From positions 1 through 63,149 of the IMG/VR virus record IMGVR_UViG_3300031965_000025: a stretch of DNA of 63,149 bases; one strand, 5' to 3'. Positions 63,023 through 63,149 of this stretch are shown in pieces. The DNA comes from a virus. Its lineage: Duplodnaviria; Caudoviricetes. A program made the translations under genes and the position numbers. The notes below the pieces were generated by a model. It had not been told where the DNA came from and did no database searches. It worked only from the letters and a program-made list of their open reading frames with translations. Each line of letters starts with the position of its first letter. Position 1 is the first letter of the stretch.

Positions 63023-63149
63023 GAGGAGGGGCTCTTCGTCGGCGAAGCGTCGCTGCTCATCGTCAAGTCACGAGGCCGCGTGTACGTGTCGATCGTGACG
63101 GGCTCGGGTGTGTCGACCGAGGCGAGGGCAATAGAAGCTCACGAGACCT
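63023..63149. repeat. Terminal direct repeat (copy 2); circular-assembly overlap
   Basis: Identical to 1-127; 127 is a common assembler k-mer size. Confidence 0.97.

Noticed and set aside
1-63149. Host assignment
   Set aside because: High GC and sigma70-type promoters are not diagnostic; spacer or homology searches are needed.

Overview
The window is a complete, circularly assembled, high-GC tailed-phage genome. Bases 1-127 repeat exactly at 63023-63149, so the unit length is 63,022 bp. The tail is contractile (sheath, tube and baseplate J are present). Layout: lysis, tail, baseplate and capsid genes run on the minus strand at about 4.3-31.2 kb, followed by about 14 kb of small accessory genes. 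Head morphogenesis, portal and terminase genes occupy 45.7-51.7 kb, then a modification cluster with a tRNA(CAT) at 52-55.5 kb and a divergent control/origin-like region at 55.5-55.86 kb. Plus-strand recombination, nuclease and methylase genes continue across the circle junction to 4.4 kb. I recognise no integrase, DNA polymerase, helicase or primase. The best candidate for a new system is a 324-aa intein in the MuF/gp7 head protein. It has no in-frame endonuclease, but its antisense strand carries a fully nested 298-aa HTH-HTH-PD-(D/E)XK (Vsr/DUF559-like) ORF that could be read from an accessory-gene promoter. Other highlights: eight promoter-operator-hairpin-SD cassettes, a second palindromic operator regulon, two CsrA-like proteins, a ~330-bp structured inverted repeat, a candidate oriC-mimic origin, a portal-HNH-ChaB fusion, and several accessory genes scrambled by micro-inversions or deletions. 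All family calls come from motif recognition by eye; no searches were run.
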